A stretch of DNA of 63,825 nt, counting the filler, from Octopus bimaculoides (taxonomy: Eukaryota), in assembly GCF_001194135.2 (NCBI RefSeq). It is 8 parts of 5 records of this genome, joined end to end, with 100 filler letters (N's around TTAATTAATTAA, not from the genome) between each part and the next. Parts side by side here need not be neighbours in the genome. Positions count along the whole stretch, not along the records: positions 45,497 to 55,930 come from NC_069001.1; positions 56,031 to 58,482 come from NC_068991.1; positions 58,583 to 62,480 come from NC_068987.1; 5 more parts are not named here. The stretch is one strand, 5' to 3'. The notes below the pieces were generated by a model that saw only the letters and a list, made by a program, of their open reading frames with translations, was not told where the DNA came from and searched no databases. Positions 48,176-62,480 of the stretch are shown piece by piece (positions within the stretch are counted from its first letter, which is position 1; each line of letters begins with the position of its first letter). The position numbers and the translations under genes are program-made.

Positions 48176-49502
48176 CCAACTTTGGTCTCACTATATATTT
48201 CAATTCATGATCACATACCCATCACTGTAGATATTTCATCTCACTACTTTGACTTTTGAGGTTCTGTATATATATTTATTTATTCCCTCTCCAAAAGATG
48301 AGCAATTACCTCTCCTGTCCCCAATAATAACGATCACCATTTACTTCCCCTTAGATTTTTCTACTTTCTGAATCAGTCATTCACAAACTTCACCACACAC
48401 AGCATGATAAAAATCTTGTTAAGAAAATAGANNNNNNNNNNNNNNNNNNNNNNNNNNNNNNNNNNNNNNNNNNNNNNNNNNNNNNNNNNNNNNNNNNNNN
48501 NNNNNNNNNNNNNNNNNNNNNNNNNNNNNNNNNNNNNNNNNNNNNNNNNNNNNNNNNNNNNNNNNNNNNNNNNNNNNNNNNNNNNNNNNNNNNNNNNNNN
48601 NNNNNNNNNNNNNNNNNNNNNNNNNNNNNNNNNNNNNNNNNNNNNNNNNNNNNNNNNNNNNNNNNNNNNNNNNNNNNNNNNNNNNNNNNNNNNNNNNNNN
48701 NNNNNNNNNNNNNNNNNNNNNNNNNNNNNNNNNNNNNNNNNNNNNNNNNNNNNNNNNNNNNNNNNNNNNNNNNNNNNNNNNNNNNNNNNNNNNNNNNNNN
48801 NNNNNNNNNNNNNNNNNNNNNNNNNNNNNNNNNNNNNNNNNNNNNNNNNNNNNNNNNNNNNNNNNNNNNNNNNNNNNNNNNNNNNNNNNNNNNNNNNNNN
48901 NNNNNNNNNNNNNNNNNNNNNNNNNNNNNNNNNNNNNNNNNNNNNNNNNNNNNNNNNNNNNNNNATCCATATATATATATATACATATACATATATCCAT
49001 GTATATACTTAGATATATACTCATGCACATGTATGTATTTTACGTATACGTCGTCATTCAGAACATGAAAGCTGAAAACGAGATATATAGCTTTTATTTT
49101 TCATCATCATCGTCGTCGTCGTCGTCGTCGTCGTCATCATCGCCGTCATCATCGTCGTCATCGTCGGCATCGACATCGCCGCGCCAAGCCGCCGCCGCTA
49201 CAACCGACGCCGCTGCTTTCACCATCATCAGCAATGTTATCTTTCAAGATCATCATCATATCGTCGTCAAAGAGATTAGTTTCACAATTATGGCTTGTTA
49301 CGATGATTATCATCGTCATCACGACCATCGTTAACAACAACAACAACAGTTATTCTCTTCATCGTTTTTGCCGTCGTCAACGTCACCATTACTATCGTCA
49401 TTGTTAGCAGAACATATTACCAAAGTTATATAGCAGCGCATGGGAAAGATGCTCTTCAAACGCGCTCACAGACACACACTCGCGCATACATACATACATA
49501 CA

Positions 49503-49536
<34 letters not shown>

Positions 49537-49790
49537 CATATATACACGCAAGCACGTGCACACACACAGACACATAGACACCCACACGCACACACAGACA
49601 CACAAACACACACAAAGCTAAAAACACTAACCAAAGCACATCTAATATACTCTTCAAAACGAATATCTTAACTGAAGCCGTAATATGACTGTGCGTGTGT
49701 GTGTATATGTATGTATATGTATATATGTATTTATATATATATACATTTATATATATAAATATATGTTTATGTATGTATACACACACACAC

Positions 49791-49837
<47 letters not shown>

Positions 49838-50499
49838 NNNNNNNNNNNNNNNNNNNNNNNNNNNNNNNNNNNNNNNNNNNNNNNNNNNNNNNNNNNNNNN
49901 NNNNNNNNNNNNNNNNNNNNNNNNNNNNNNNNNNNNNNNNNNNNNNNNNNNNNNNNNNNNNNNNNNNNNNNNNNNNNNNNNNNNNNNNNNNNNNNNNNNN
50001 NNNNNNNNNNNNNNNNNNNNNNNNNNNNNNNNNNNNNNNNNNNNNNNNNNNNNNNNNNNNNNNNNNNNNNNNNNNNNNNNNNNNNNNNNNNNNNNNNNNN
50101 NNNNNNNNNNNNNNNNNNNNNNNNNNNNNNNNNNNNNNNNNNNNNNNNNNNNNNNNNNNNNNNNNNNNNNNNNNNNNNNNNNNNNNNNNNNNNNNNNNNN
50201 NNNNNNNNNNNNNNNNNNNNNNNNNNNNNNNNNNNNNNNNNNNNNNNNNNNNNNNNNNNNNNNNNNNNNNNNNNNNNNNNNNNNNNNNNNNNNNNNNNNN
50301 NNNNNNNNNNNNNNNNNNNNNNNNNNNNNNNNNNNNNNNNNNNNNNNNNNNNNNNNNNNNNNNNNNNNNNNNNNNNNNNNNNNGTCAGCATGGGAATAAA
50401 AACCATCAAAGGTAATAATTATTTAAAATTATAATACAGGGTATCAAGAGATACCACCACGCTGAAAAAATAGCAGTCAAATCAGACTCTAAAACCACA

Positions 50500-50630
50500 G
50501 TCTGCAAGCCCCGTGATTATTATGTGTGGAGCGCAGTTGAGCGAGAGATCAACAAAACTCCTTGTAACAACAATGATGAAATGAAGGTAAAGATTATGGC
50601 AGCATTCACCAACTTAAACAAGGAGAATGC
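50500..50630 (+). mobile_element. Tc1/mariner-superfamily transposase C-terminal relic (SPDLNPLDY-type)
   Basis: CKPRDYYVWSAVEREINKTPCNNNDEMKVKIMAAFTNLNKE. Confidence 0.75.
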
Positions 50631-51055
50631 TCCATCATGGACATGTAGGCAACAAAAACAGTGTCAAATATTAAGTTTGAGAGAAGCCTGGCATATTTTT
50701 ACTGTTCCTCTGACGGATTCTGTTTGTTATCTGTGAGCTGGTTGATTTCTTTGTCTGAAAACTCTAGTTTAATCAGAACGTCACTTTGGCAATAATTCAC
50801 AAAACCAATTTCACCAATTATTATTGGTATGAATGTGAATTTATAATGTGGATATAAGAGCTGGAGGAATATGCTTATGTATATATATATATATATATGT
50901 GTGTGTGTATATACGTGCATGTATGTGGTTCTATATTGCATAGGATGTAACTGTGTGTGCGTGCGTGTCTGTATATGTGTTATATGGAGTTCATTGTATA
51001 AATACATGTATGTATACTGTATCTATATATCTATACCTAAACACCCCCAAACACG

Positions 51056-51103
<48 letters not shown>

Positions 51104-52036
51104 TACATACATACATANNNNNNNNNNNNNNNNNNNNNNNNNNNNNNNNNNNNNNNNNNNNNNNNNNNNNNNNNNNNNNNNNNNNNNNNNNNNNNNNNNN
51201 NNNNNNNNNNNNNNNNNNNNNNNNNNNNNNNNNNNNNNNNNNNNNNNNNNNNNNNNNNNNNNNNNNNNNNNNNNNNNNNNNNNNNNNNNNNNNNNNNNNN
51301 NNNNNNNNNNNNNNNNNNNNNNNNNNNNNNNNNNNNNNNNNNNNNNNNNNNNNNNNNNNNNNNNNNNNNNNNNNNNNNNNNNNNNNNNNNNNNNNNNNNN
51401 NNNNNNNNNNNNNNNNNNNNNNNNNNNNNNNNNNNNNNNNNNNNNNNNNNNNNNNNNNNNNNNNNNNNNNNNNNNNNNNNNNNNNNNNNNNNNNNNNNNN
51501 NNNNNNNNNNNNNNNNNNNNNNNNNNNNNNNNNNNNNNNNNNNNNNNNNNNNNNNNNNNNNNNNNNNNNNNNNNNNNNNNNNNNNNNNNNNNNNNNNNNN
51601 NNNNNNNNNNNNNNNNNNNNNNNNNNNNNNNNNNNNNNNNNNNNNNNNNNNNNNNNNNNNNNNNNNNNNNNNNNNNNNNNNNNNNNNNNNNNNNNNNNNN
51701 NNNNNNNNNNNNNNNNNNNNNNNNNNNNNNNNNNNNNNNNNNNNNNNNNNNNNNNNNNNNNNNNNNNNNNNNNNNNNNNNNNNNNNNNNNNNNNNNNNNN
51801 NNNNNNNNNNNNNNNNNNNNNNNNNNNNNNNNNNNNNNNNNNNNNNNNNNNNNNNNNNNNNNNNNNNNNNNNNNNNNNNNNNNNNNNNNNNNNNNNNNNN
51901 NNNNNNNNNATCTATGAATGGTATGCACACACACAAACACACACACACACAGACAGACACACACACACACACATATGTTAAGTATGTGAGTATGAATATA
52001 TGTATGTGACTACTTATCGGTGAGGAGGTATGTAAG

Positions 52037-52068
<32 letters not shown>

Positions 52069-52076
52069 TACATGTA

Positions 52077-52108
<32 letters not shown>

Positions 52109-52477
52109 ACACACACACACATATATATATATAAAGGGAGACAGAGACAGACATGCATACACATATAGCTATAGACATATAAACATACATACGCATATAA
52201 ATATATATTCATAGATGAATATATGTGTGAGTATATAAACGGCCTTGTGTTACCCACAAGAGTTTTTATGTTCATGCAACATTTATTTATGGAAGTTTTG
52301 TGTTGCATATTATGGTGTATATGCGAACACATGCACACGTACACACATTCAAACACACACACGCATGCACGTATATGGACACAGAGAGACGGTGAGATGC
52401 TAATACATATATGTGTGCATACACACACATATACATACACTCATACATATTATATAAATATGTATATATATGTATAG

Positions 52478-52514
<37 letters not shown>

Positions 52515-53369
52515 NNNNNNNNNNNNNNNNNNNNNNNNNNNNNNNNNNNNNNNNNNNNNNNNNNNNNNNNNNNNNNNNNNNNNNNNNNNNNNNNNNNNNN
52601 NNNNNNNNNNNNNNNNNNNNNNNNNNNNNNNNNNNNNNNNNNNNNNNNNNNNNNNNNNNNNNNNNNNNNNNNNNNNNNNNNNNNNNNNNNNNNNNNNNNN
52701 NNNNNNNNNNNNNNNNNNNNNNNNNNNNNNNNNNNNNNNNNNNNNNNNNNNNNNNNNNNNNNNNNNNNNNNNNNNNNNNNNNNNNNNNNNNNNNNNNNNN
52801 NNNNNNNNNNNNNNNNNNNNNNNNNNNNNNNNNNNNNNNNNNNNNNNNNNNNNNNNNNNNNNNNNNNNNNNNNNNNNNNNNNNNNNNNNNNNNNNNNNNN
52901 NNNNNNNNNNNNNNNNNNNNNNNNNNNNNNNNNNNNNNNNNNNNNNNNNNNNNNNNNNNNNNNNNNNNNNNNNNNNNNNNNNNNNNNNNNNNNNNNNNNN
53001 NNNNNNNNNNNNNNNNNNNNNNNNNNNNNNNNNNNNNNNNNNNNNNNNNNGGGATGGGTGGGGGGTTAAAATCTATAGATTCGATGACCTTTAAAAACTG
53101 GCATTGATAGCGATAGTTTGTCTATTGACTCCCTGGTCCGCCATAAACAGCATAATAATAGATGGTCCCCTTGGGAAAGACGCGAGGGTGGCGGGGTGGG
53201 GACCGACGGAGGGAGCGTTACGTTAGATCAAATGATTAGGTTTGGCATCGACCGATGCATTACATGCAGCAAAAGAAAAAAATAAACATTCAAGGAGCAA
53301 ACAAACAAAAAGTAACAATAAGAAAAAACACTGTACTAGATGGACGTGGACACTAAGAATTAGTGTGAG

Positions 53370-53539
53370 TAGGACAGCAGCAATTGTAGTAGCAGCAACA
53401 ACCGCAACAGCAGCAGCAACTGCAATAGCAGCAGCAGCAGCAGCAGAGTCTGTTGCGAGGGTGTCATCAGGAGCAGCAATTGGAAATAGACCAGTGGATC
53501 TTGACAGCAATGGCTGGAACGACAGCAAAATCCTAGCAG

Positions 53540-53586
<47 letters not shown>

Positions 53587-53643
53587 GTCATCATCATCGT
53601 CATCATCATTATCATCGTTGTCAACATTATCATCATCATCATC

Positions 53644-53697
<54 letters not shown>

Positions 53698-53929
53698 GTC
53701 GTCGTCGTCGTCATCGTGTCGTCGTCATCGTGTCGTCGTCATCGTGTCGTCGTCATCGTGTCGTCGTCATCGTGTCGTCGTCATCATCATCCTCATCCTC
53801 ATCATCATCCTCATCATCATCATCATCGTCATCACCGTCATCGGCATCATTATCATTGCCGTCAACGTTTTCACCATGTTCATCATCATCATCATGAACT
53901 GCAACAATAACAACAACAACAACACCAGC

Positions 53930-53969
<40 letters not shown>

Positions 53970-53990
53970 GTAGCAGCAACTTTGGCTTTA
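53370..53990. repeat. Compound trinucleotide array (GCA)n, (CAT)n/(CGT)n, (CAA)n with embedded 14-bp tandem
   Basis: Direct reading; CATCGTGTCGTCGT x5 at 53712-53781. Confidence 0.9.
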
Positions 53991-54984
53991 ACAATTAGAG
54001 ATGAGCAGCCGTAGTAGCAGCAACAGCAACAGGATCAACAGATGTCGCTGTAGGAACACTGTATACAACAGCGGCAATACCAGCTTTGTATGAAATATGA
54101 TACATCAATAACAACAGCAACATGAACAACAACTGCCCTAGCAGTAGCAGCCGCAGCAGCAATGCGAAATACATCTTCTATGAGGGGTCCATAACCTGAT
54201 CCTTATGTGTGTTGCAAAATCTCGTCCAATACTCTCTTGTAAAGATGGAAGGTGTAATTTTCCGGGCCAAAACTATTATTTAGGACATACAAGCACAACA
54301 CACTATCGTCACTTGACTATGCATTTACAATAAAGATTCTTCCAGCATGAAATAGAGCAAAATTTGATCGAAAGTTGGAGAAATCTACAAAAATGTTTCT
54401 TATATTATAGTTGTATTAATAACCAAATAATAGAAGAACTCAGCATATAGACACTGCACACGTTCTATAATTCGGGCGTTAAAGAAGTGTTCCATTTAGT
54501 AAAGATAGTTTTATAAGCTATAACGGTATTTACATAATACTTTGCGTTTTACAGCAAATAGCGTGGACAACGTGAACAATAATACAGTCCTTTCATTCTG
54601 ATGGTGAGAACCGAAAGTGTTGAAACGTTATCTGATTTCAGAATCGTAATCTTTCAAAGTCATCATGAAGTACTCACAAGGCAATCAGACAATTTTTTAA
54701 AAGTAGAAACGTTAGACATGAACATAGTCGTGTTTTCGATATAACATGTCTGATAGAAAAGTAGTTCCATATTTACTCATACACGCATGTTCACATTTAT
54801 ATAAATACACAAATATCTATAAATACGTATGCATGCCTACGAACATACACACATACATACATACATACATACACACATACATACATACATACATACATAC
54901 ATACATACACAAACACGTGTTTGTTTCTCTGTAACCGTGATAAGTTTGACTATACTCGAAAATTCGCTTCTGCTGGAGAGCGCA

Positions 54985-55011
54985 AGTTCACATCATCGTC
55001 GTCGTCGTCAC

Positions 55012-55042
<31 letters not shown>

Positions 55043-55146
55043 GTCATCGTCGTCGTCGTCGCTGTCGTCGTCGGCGTTGTCGTCGTCATCATCATCATCA
55101 TCATCATCGTCATCATCATCATCATCATCACCACCATCATCATCAC

Positions 55147-55182
<36 letters not shown>

Positions 55183-55376
55183 GCCCCTCCTGCTCCTCCT
55201 GCCCCTCCTGATCCTCCTGCTCCTGCTCCTCCTCCTGCTCCTCCTCCTCCTCCTCCTCATCATCATCAATATCATCGTCATCATCAGGAGCAGAATCACC
55301 AACAACACCAACATCAATTACTCCTCTTCTTCCTCCATCTCGTCATCTACAACTTCATTGCCAGCACCAGCAGCAC

Positions 55377-55423
<47 letters not shown>

Positions 55424-55445
55424 CCATCATCCCCACCATCATCCT
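54985..55445. repeat. Compound trinucleotide array (CAT/CGT/CCT)n
   Basis: Direct reading. Confidence 0.9.
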
Positions 55446-55887
55446 CGCCAGGTTTTATAAACGGGCGGCATAGAAACAGAACTGAGAGAGTTCAGAAGAA
55501 ACGCGACGTCCAATGTCGCTCATTCTTCGTTCGTTGACGAAATGCGACGACGACGACGACGTTGTGTGAAGTTTGACCTGGTGACCTTTCTTTGATGCAG
55601 CTTCGAGTGTGGGTCAATTGAAATATATGTTACAGTAAGGAGGACATGGAATGTAGGGTGGTGGTGGTGGGAATAATAGAGGCGTGTCAGCGACATGTCT
55701 GCAGTACAGGTGACATACAGTGATGTCATACACACACACACACACATACACACACACACACATATCGATAGATAGAATGATAGATATATCTGTATATAAT
55801 TAGGAGTAAAACGGGATAAAAAGAATCCAGACAGATATATCTGTGCGAGTGTGTGTGTGTAAATGTATATATAGTATATATATATAG

Positions 55888-55930
<43 letters not shown>

Positions 55931-56030
55931 NNNNNNNNNNNNNNNNNNNNNNNNNNNNNNNNNNNNNNNNNNNNTTAATTAATTAANNNNNNNNNNNNNN
56001 NNNNNNNNNNNNNNNNNNNNNNNNNNNNNN

Positions 56031-56068
<38 letters not shown>

Positions 56069-56992
56069 CACTTTATTGAAATAAAAAAGTTTCCCCAAAA
56101 TTAAACATATTTATAGAAACTGACACACATAAACATATGCACACATATATACATACAATTCACCTACACACATACTCTCACAGACGCAAAAATATCTTAC
56201 CCAAACATCCCCATAAACACTCCTAAACATTCACATACAAACATACATATTAACTCTTACACTAAAAATGCAATAACTTTCTTCAAATTCAGTGGCTGAC
56301 CCAAGCAGTTTTGGATGAATGGATTTATCTTTTGATATCTTGTGTAGAAAGTATGTTTTTTTCTTTTTTTCTTTTTTTCCTTTTTTTTTTTTGAAAGACC
56401 TTGTAGGTTATTTTAAAAGACTTCAGAGAGACCACCTTTATGAAATATTGCTGTATAGAATGTGGCCTCTTGAATGCTGCCCCCCCCCACTTCGGCGCAG
56501 GGCCTGATTGGGAGCAATCAGTTCAATCGGCTTAAGGTCGGCCCTGCCCACTGGTACCTACAACATACACACACTCACGCACACACACACACATCTACCC
56601 ATTATACTCACAATTCACAACATGGCATCTACCACACTTATACATATATCCAATATATACCCCTGCTGTACCCACAACTTACCATGCAAAGTTATATCCA
56701 TCACACAATTATCAACCCAACACAATGTCTACCCCAGAAATAAATACCCAGTTGCCCACTATACAATACATGTACCCAGACTGCACCCTGTGCTTATACA
56801 AAAGTATAAAGAATGATGGCTTATATATCTCGTCCAATACTGTGAAGACAATTTCTCATACAGGAACACTATCACAGGTTTTCAGTAATAACATGCTGAT
56901 TAAATTGACTCCAGATTGGTATTTTATGTTTATCGATCAGGAATGATGAATAAAATAAACATATTAATAGAATAAAAAAATTTAGCGCTCAG

Positions 56993-57065
56993 AGGTTCTG
57001 GCGAGGTTCGAACTCGCGACATTCTGCGTGTAAAGCAGACGTGATAACCACTACACCACAGAACC
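56993..57065 (-). tRNA. tRNA-Val-TAC: tRNA-Val (anticodon TAC), 73 nt, intronless
   Basis: GGTTCTG-TG-GTGT-AGTGGTTA-TCAC-G-TCTGC-TTTACAC-GCAGA-ATGTC-GCGAG-TTCGAAC-CTCGC-CAGAACC-T. Acceptor, anticodon and T stems pair perfectly; an oligo-T terminator lies ~12 nt downstream. Confidence 0.93.
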
Positions 57066-57459
57066 TCACAAATAGTTGTGTCAATTTATTATATTAATAA
57101 AGCAACTTACCTTTTAAATTCCAGATTGCAAGTTTCAATGTTTAAATTCCATTTTCCTTGGCTGAGATGTTTCTGATTATTTTCACACGGAAGGAATGAA
57201 AAGAGAAAATATAACGTATTAGAAGAGAGCCTATACTTTTACCCGACAATAATTAATGATTACTGCATTCTTGGCTGTCATTGATAACCACAAATCTTAA
57301 ATTTAAATAATATTAATTTATGTCCTATTAATGACAAATCAACAACAGACGTTAATGAAGAAACAACTCGATATATATTGTTAAGCTAAATAAATAAAGA
57401 AAAAATGAGAGAGAGAGGAGGAGAGGAAGAATGTGTGTGTGTGAGAGAGAAAGAGAAAT

Positions 57460-57520
<61 letters not shown>

Positions 57521-57599
57521 AGAGAGCAGGGGAGAGAGAGCTAGAAAAGATTTAGCAAAATCATCACATTGCCTTCAGATTCTCTAGATTTTAATCGCC

Positions 57600-57770
57600 C
57601 AGAATGTTGTTGGGATATGACGATATATCGGTAAAACAAACAAACGAGAGTGCCTTTAGTGTACTATTTGACGTGCTAGGAAAAGCAGCCAAATCTCTTT
57701 TAAATTACATCCTACCGTCTCAAAGAAAGATGAACATCCAAGATTATTTCTTCTATGAATCACTATGACA
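57600..57770. mobile_element. Interspersed repeat family E, degraded
   Basis: gacgtgctaggaaaagcagccaaatctcttttaaattacatcctaccgtctcaaagaaagatgaacat resembles 29220-29310. Confidence 0.45.
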
Positions 57771-58899
57771 ATTCTTTCGATAAATGCGTCTACTTTCACT
57801 TTCTTAATCTACAGCTCGAATCATTATCTTTGACGGTTGGCAGGTAACCTTTGCCTAGGTGATTGCACGCAAACGCATACGAATATAATTGTCTTTTTAT
57901 TATTTTTATCATAAAATAAAAATAATTTAGAAAAAGACAAAATCTACCACCACCACCTCAAAAAAAAAAAAGCCGAAATATATTACAAGCGTAAAAAGTA
58001 AACAACACAAAAGAATCGGTTTGTTTTTGTTGTAAATTAGAAATACGAGTATCTTTGCTTTGACATTCCCTAGCTCAAGTTATTTTTTTATATCGTTCTA
58101 TCTATCCATCTATCTATCTATCTCTCTATCTATCTATCTATCTATCTATCTATAAAAAAAATATAAAAAAAGGCAAAAGAGAGTCACTTACTGTTATAGT
58201 TTCTTCAATGAGAATATTGATCAAGGTTACCGTGGTCTTTTCCGTAGGCTTTTCCTTCCACGGCTAAACCTAAACTGTCCTCCCCTCTTTTTACACGAGA
58301 ACATTACTGTGTGATACACGATCCCTATTGATCGGCCTTTCCTTTTTTTTTTCCGATCCCTTTTGATCGAACTCCCCCTTTTTCCCTTCCTACGATCCCT
58401 TTTGATTGACACCACCAATTTTTTTTTTCCTTCCTTCCCCCTCCCAAAAAGAAAAGCTCTACATTGTATTTGTCCCATCTTCNNNNNNNNNNNNNNNNNN
58501 NNNNNNNNNNNNNNNNNNNNNNNNNNTTAATTAATTAANNNNNNNNNNNNNNNNNNNNNNNNNNNNNNNNNNNNNNNNNNNNATATATGCATATATATAT
58601 ATGCACATGTGGGTACAGGACGTCATTAGCAGCAAACAAAATGAAATACGAAAACAAATGACTTCAACACGCAAACAGCGAGTGAAAGAAATGGAAAACT
58701 GGACAAGTAACATGAAGAATGACCCTTCATCACTTCATTAATTGTCGACCGACAGCTGTTTCTTGGGATTCGGCATTGCGTAATAGATGTAATGTTTGTA
58801 GATGGAGTGTGTTAAATGTCAAGGATATGCAACCAGTAGTAGATACTTATAAACATTACAGTAAAGTCGAGTTCCGTCTTCACTTGTTCCGGTTAATTC

Positions 58900-59330
58900 T
58901 TTAAAAGCAGACTCTACCTGTTGGCTAAGGTCTCACAAGATCTCTCTCCATGATACTTCACAACCAAGTACCGGTCTCCAAACTCTCGTTGTTTGCAATA
59001 GAGCAGTTACCTCGACATTTTGCAAACCTTGTTGTGAGCGATCCCAGTGCTCCTGCAACTTCAGTTCCCACATTCATGCATTTCGTATCTTTCTAGCATT
59101 TTGTCACTCGTGCATGCATTCCCAGGCAATATCTATGACCTAGGTTTACTTTTATCCACAAAAATCTCTGGTCTCCAAGCATCAATCAGAGTCTAATCAT
59201 CAAATAGATTGTAAACTCCCATAAGATCTTACATTCATTATTCACGGTGACATCTTCTGGTTTATGTTCGTACGTAAAGCTTTTCTCCATCTCACTCTCC
59301 ATGATTTTCTCATGCTCTCTGCCACCGATA
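58900..59330 (-). mobile_element. R4/Dong-clade RLE-domain relic, heavily degraded
   Basis: YEHKPEDVTVNNECKILWEFTI...IDAWRPEIFVDK...VAGALGSL. Confidence 0.75.
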
Positions 59331-60239
59331 AATTCAGTTGTGGTGTTTCAATACAAAATATGTTTACGTATTTGGGTAATATATTAAAGTTTTTAAGTTT
59401 TGTTGTGAGGTGTGTTTGTCTGTCCAGTTGGAGAATACAGTAGTACTTTTCCAACGAAAAGGATGTTTACATTTTCGAATACTCGGGGAGAAAGGACAGT
59501 ACACGTATTCACAGAAGTTGCTTTTTTTTAAAGCTGATCGTTTGTCTGTAGGTATGTAAGTTTCCTAACTTATTTTATTTTGAGAGAGATTTAAATTGTT
59601 CACAGGAAATTGTAGATATTCCAGATTTTGGGAATATTAGGAAGAGATGTTCACTTTGTTGAATTTCTAAATTTCTTATTCTTTTAGAATTTTTCTTTTC
59701 TTTTTAAATGTTTTGCCTTAGTTAACAGTTTTTGTAGTCGGCAGAGGCTTATCTCCTTACTTTTTTTTATCTTGCATTTAATTTTGTGGTTACAATAAAA
59801 GGCATTTTTACATATTCTGTTAATCGGGGAAAAAGGAAAGATAAAATGTTCACAGAAAATTGGAGATATTAAAGTTTCTAAATTTTTGGAGATGTTCGCT
59901 TGTATGTGAGGTCAGAGATGACTGTGGTGTTTATTGCAAAATAAAGGGTGTTTACCTTTTCGAATATTCAGTGAGAAATGGAAGGAAAAAAAAAGGAAGG
60001 TAAAATATTTTCACAGACACATACATGCATAGACTGTAGATATGTAATATCCTTAACTTAGACTGTAGACTGTAGATATGTAATATCCTTAACTTATACT
60101 CACAGGAGACTATAGATATTCCAGTCGTTTAGAGCAACTTTTCAGTTGTCCTGCTGGGTTGTATTAATGTTTCTGTGTCTTCAGCTGCTGACAGGTCAGA
60201 GCAGCGAAGAACACGTCCAGGGGCTGTCACGTCTAGCTG

Positions 60240-62350
<2,111 letters not shown>

Positions 62351-62429
62351 GCTTACGTGATTAAAGTGTAGAATGGGTGAAATGACATTATTGTGGGTGA
62401 TCAAAATATTTGAAAACATTCTATATATA

Positions 62430-62480
<51 letters not shown>

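Noticed and set aside
53242-53910. Poly-Ile/His/Ala ORF resembling a low-complexity protein (likewise 54829-55473, 7583-7883)
   Set aside because: Trinucleotide arrays stay open in several frames by construction; no splice or homology support.
54598-54640. Hammerhead-ribozyme-like ctgatgg..gaaa (and the gtgatgaagggtc reverse motif near 58725)
   Set aside because: Core deviates from CUGANGA and flanking stems I/III could not be formed.
55601-55634. Candidate 34-nt exon that would bridge phases between 45248 and 57815
   Set aside because: The required frame contains TGA; no grounds to invoke recoding.
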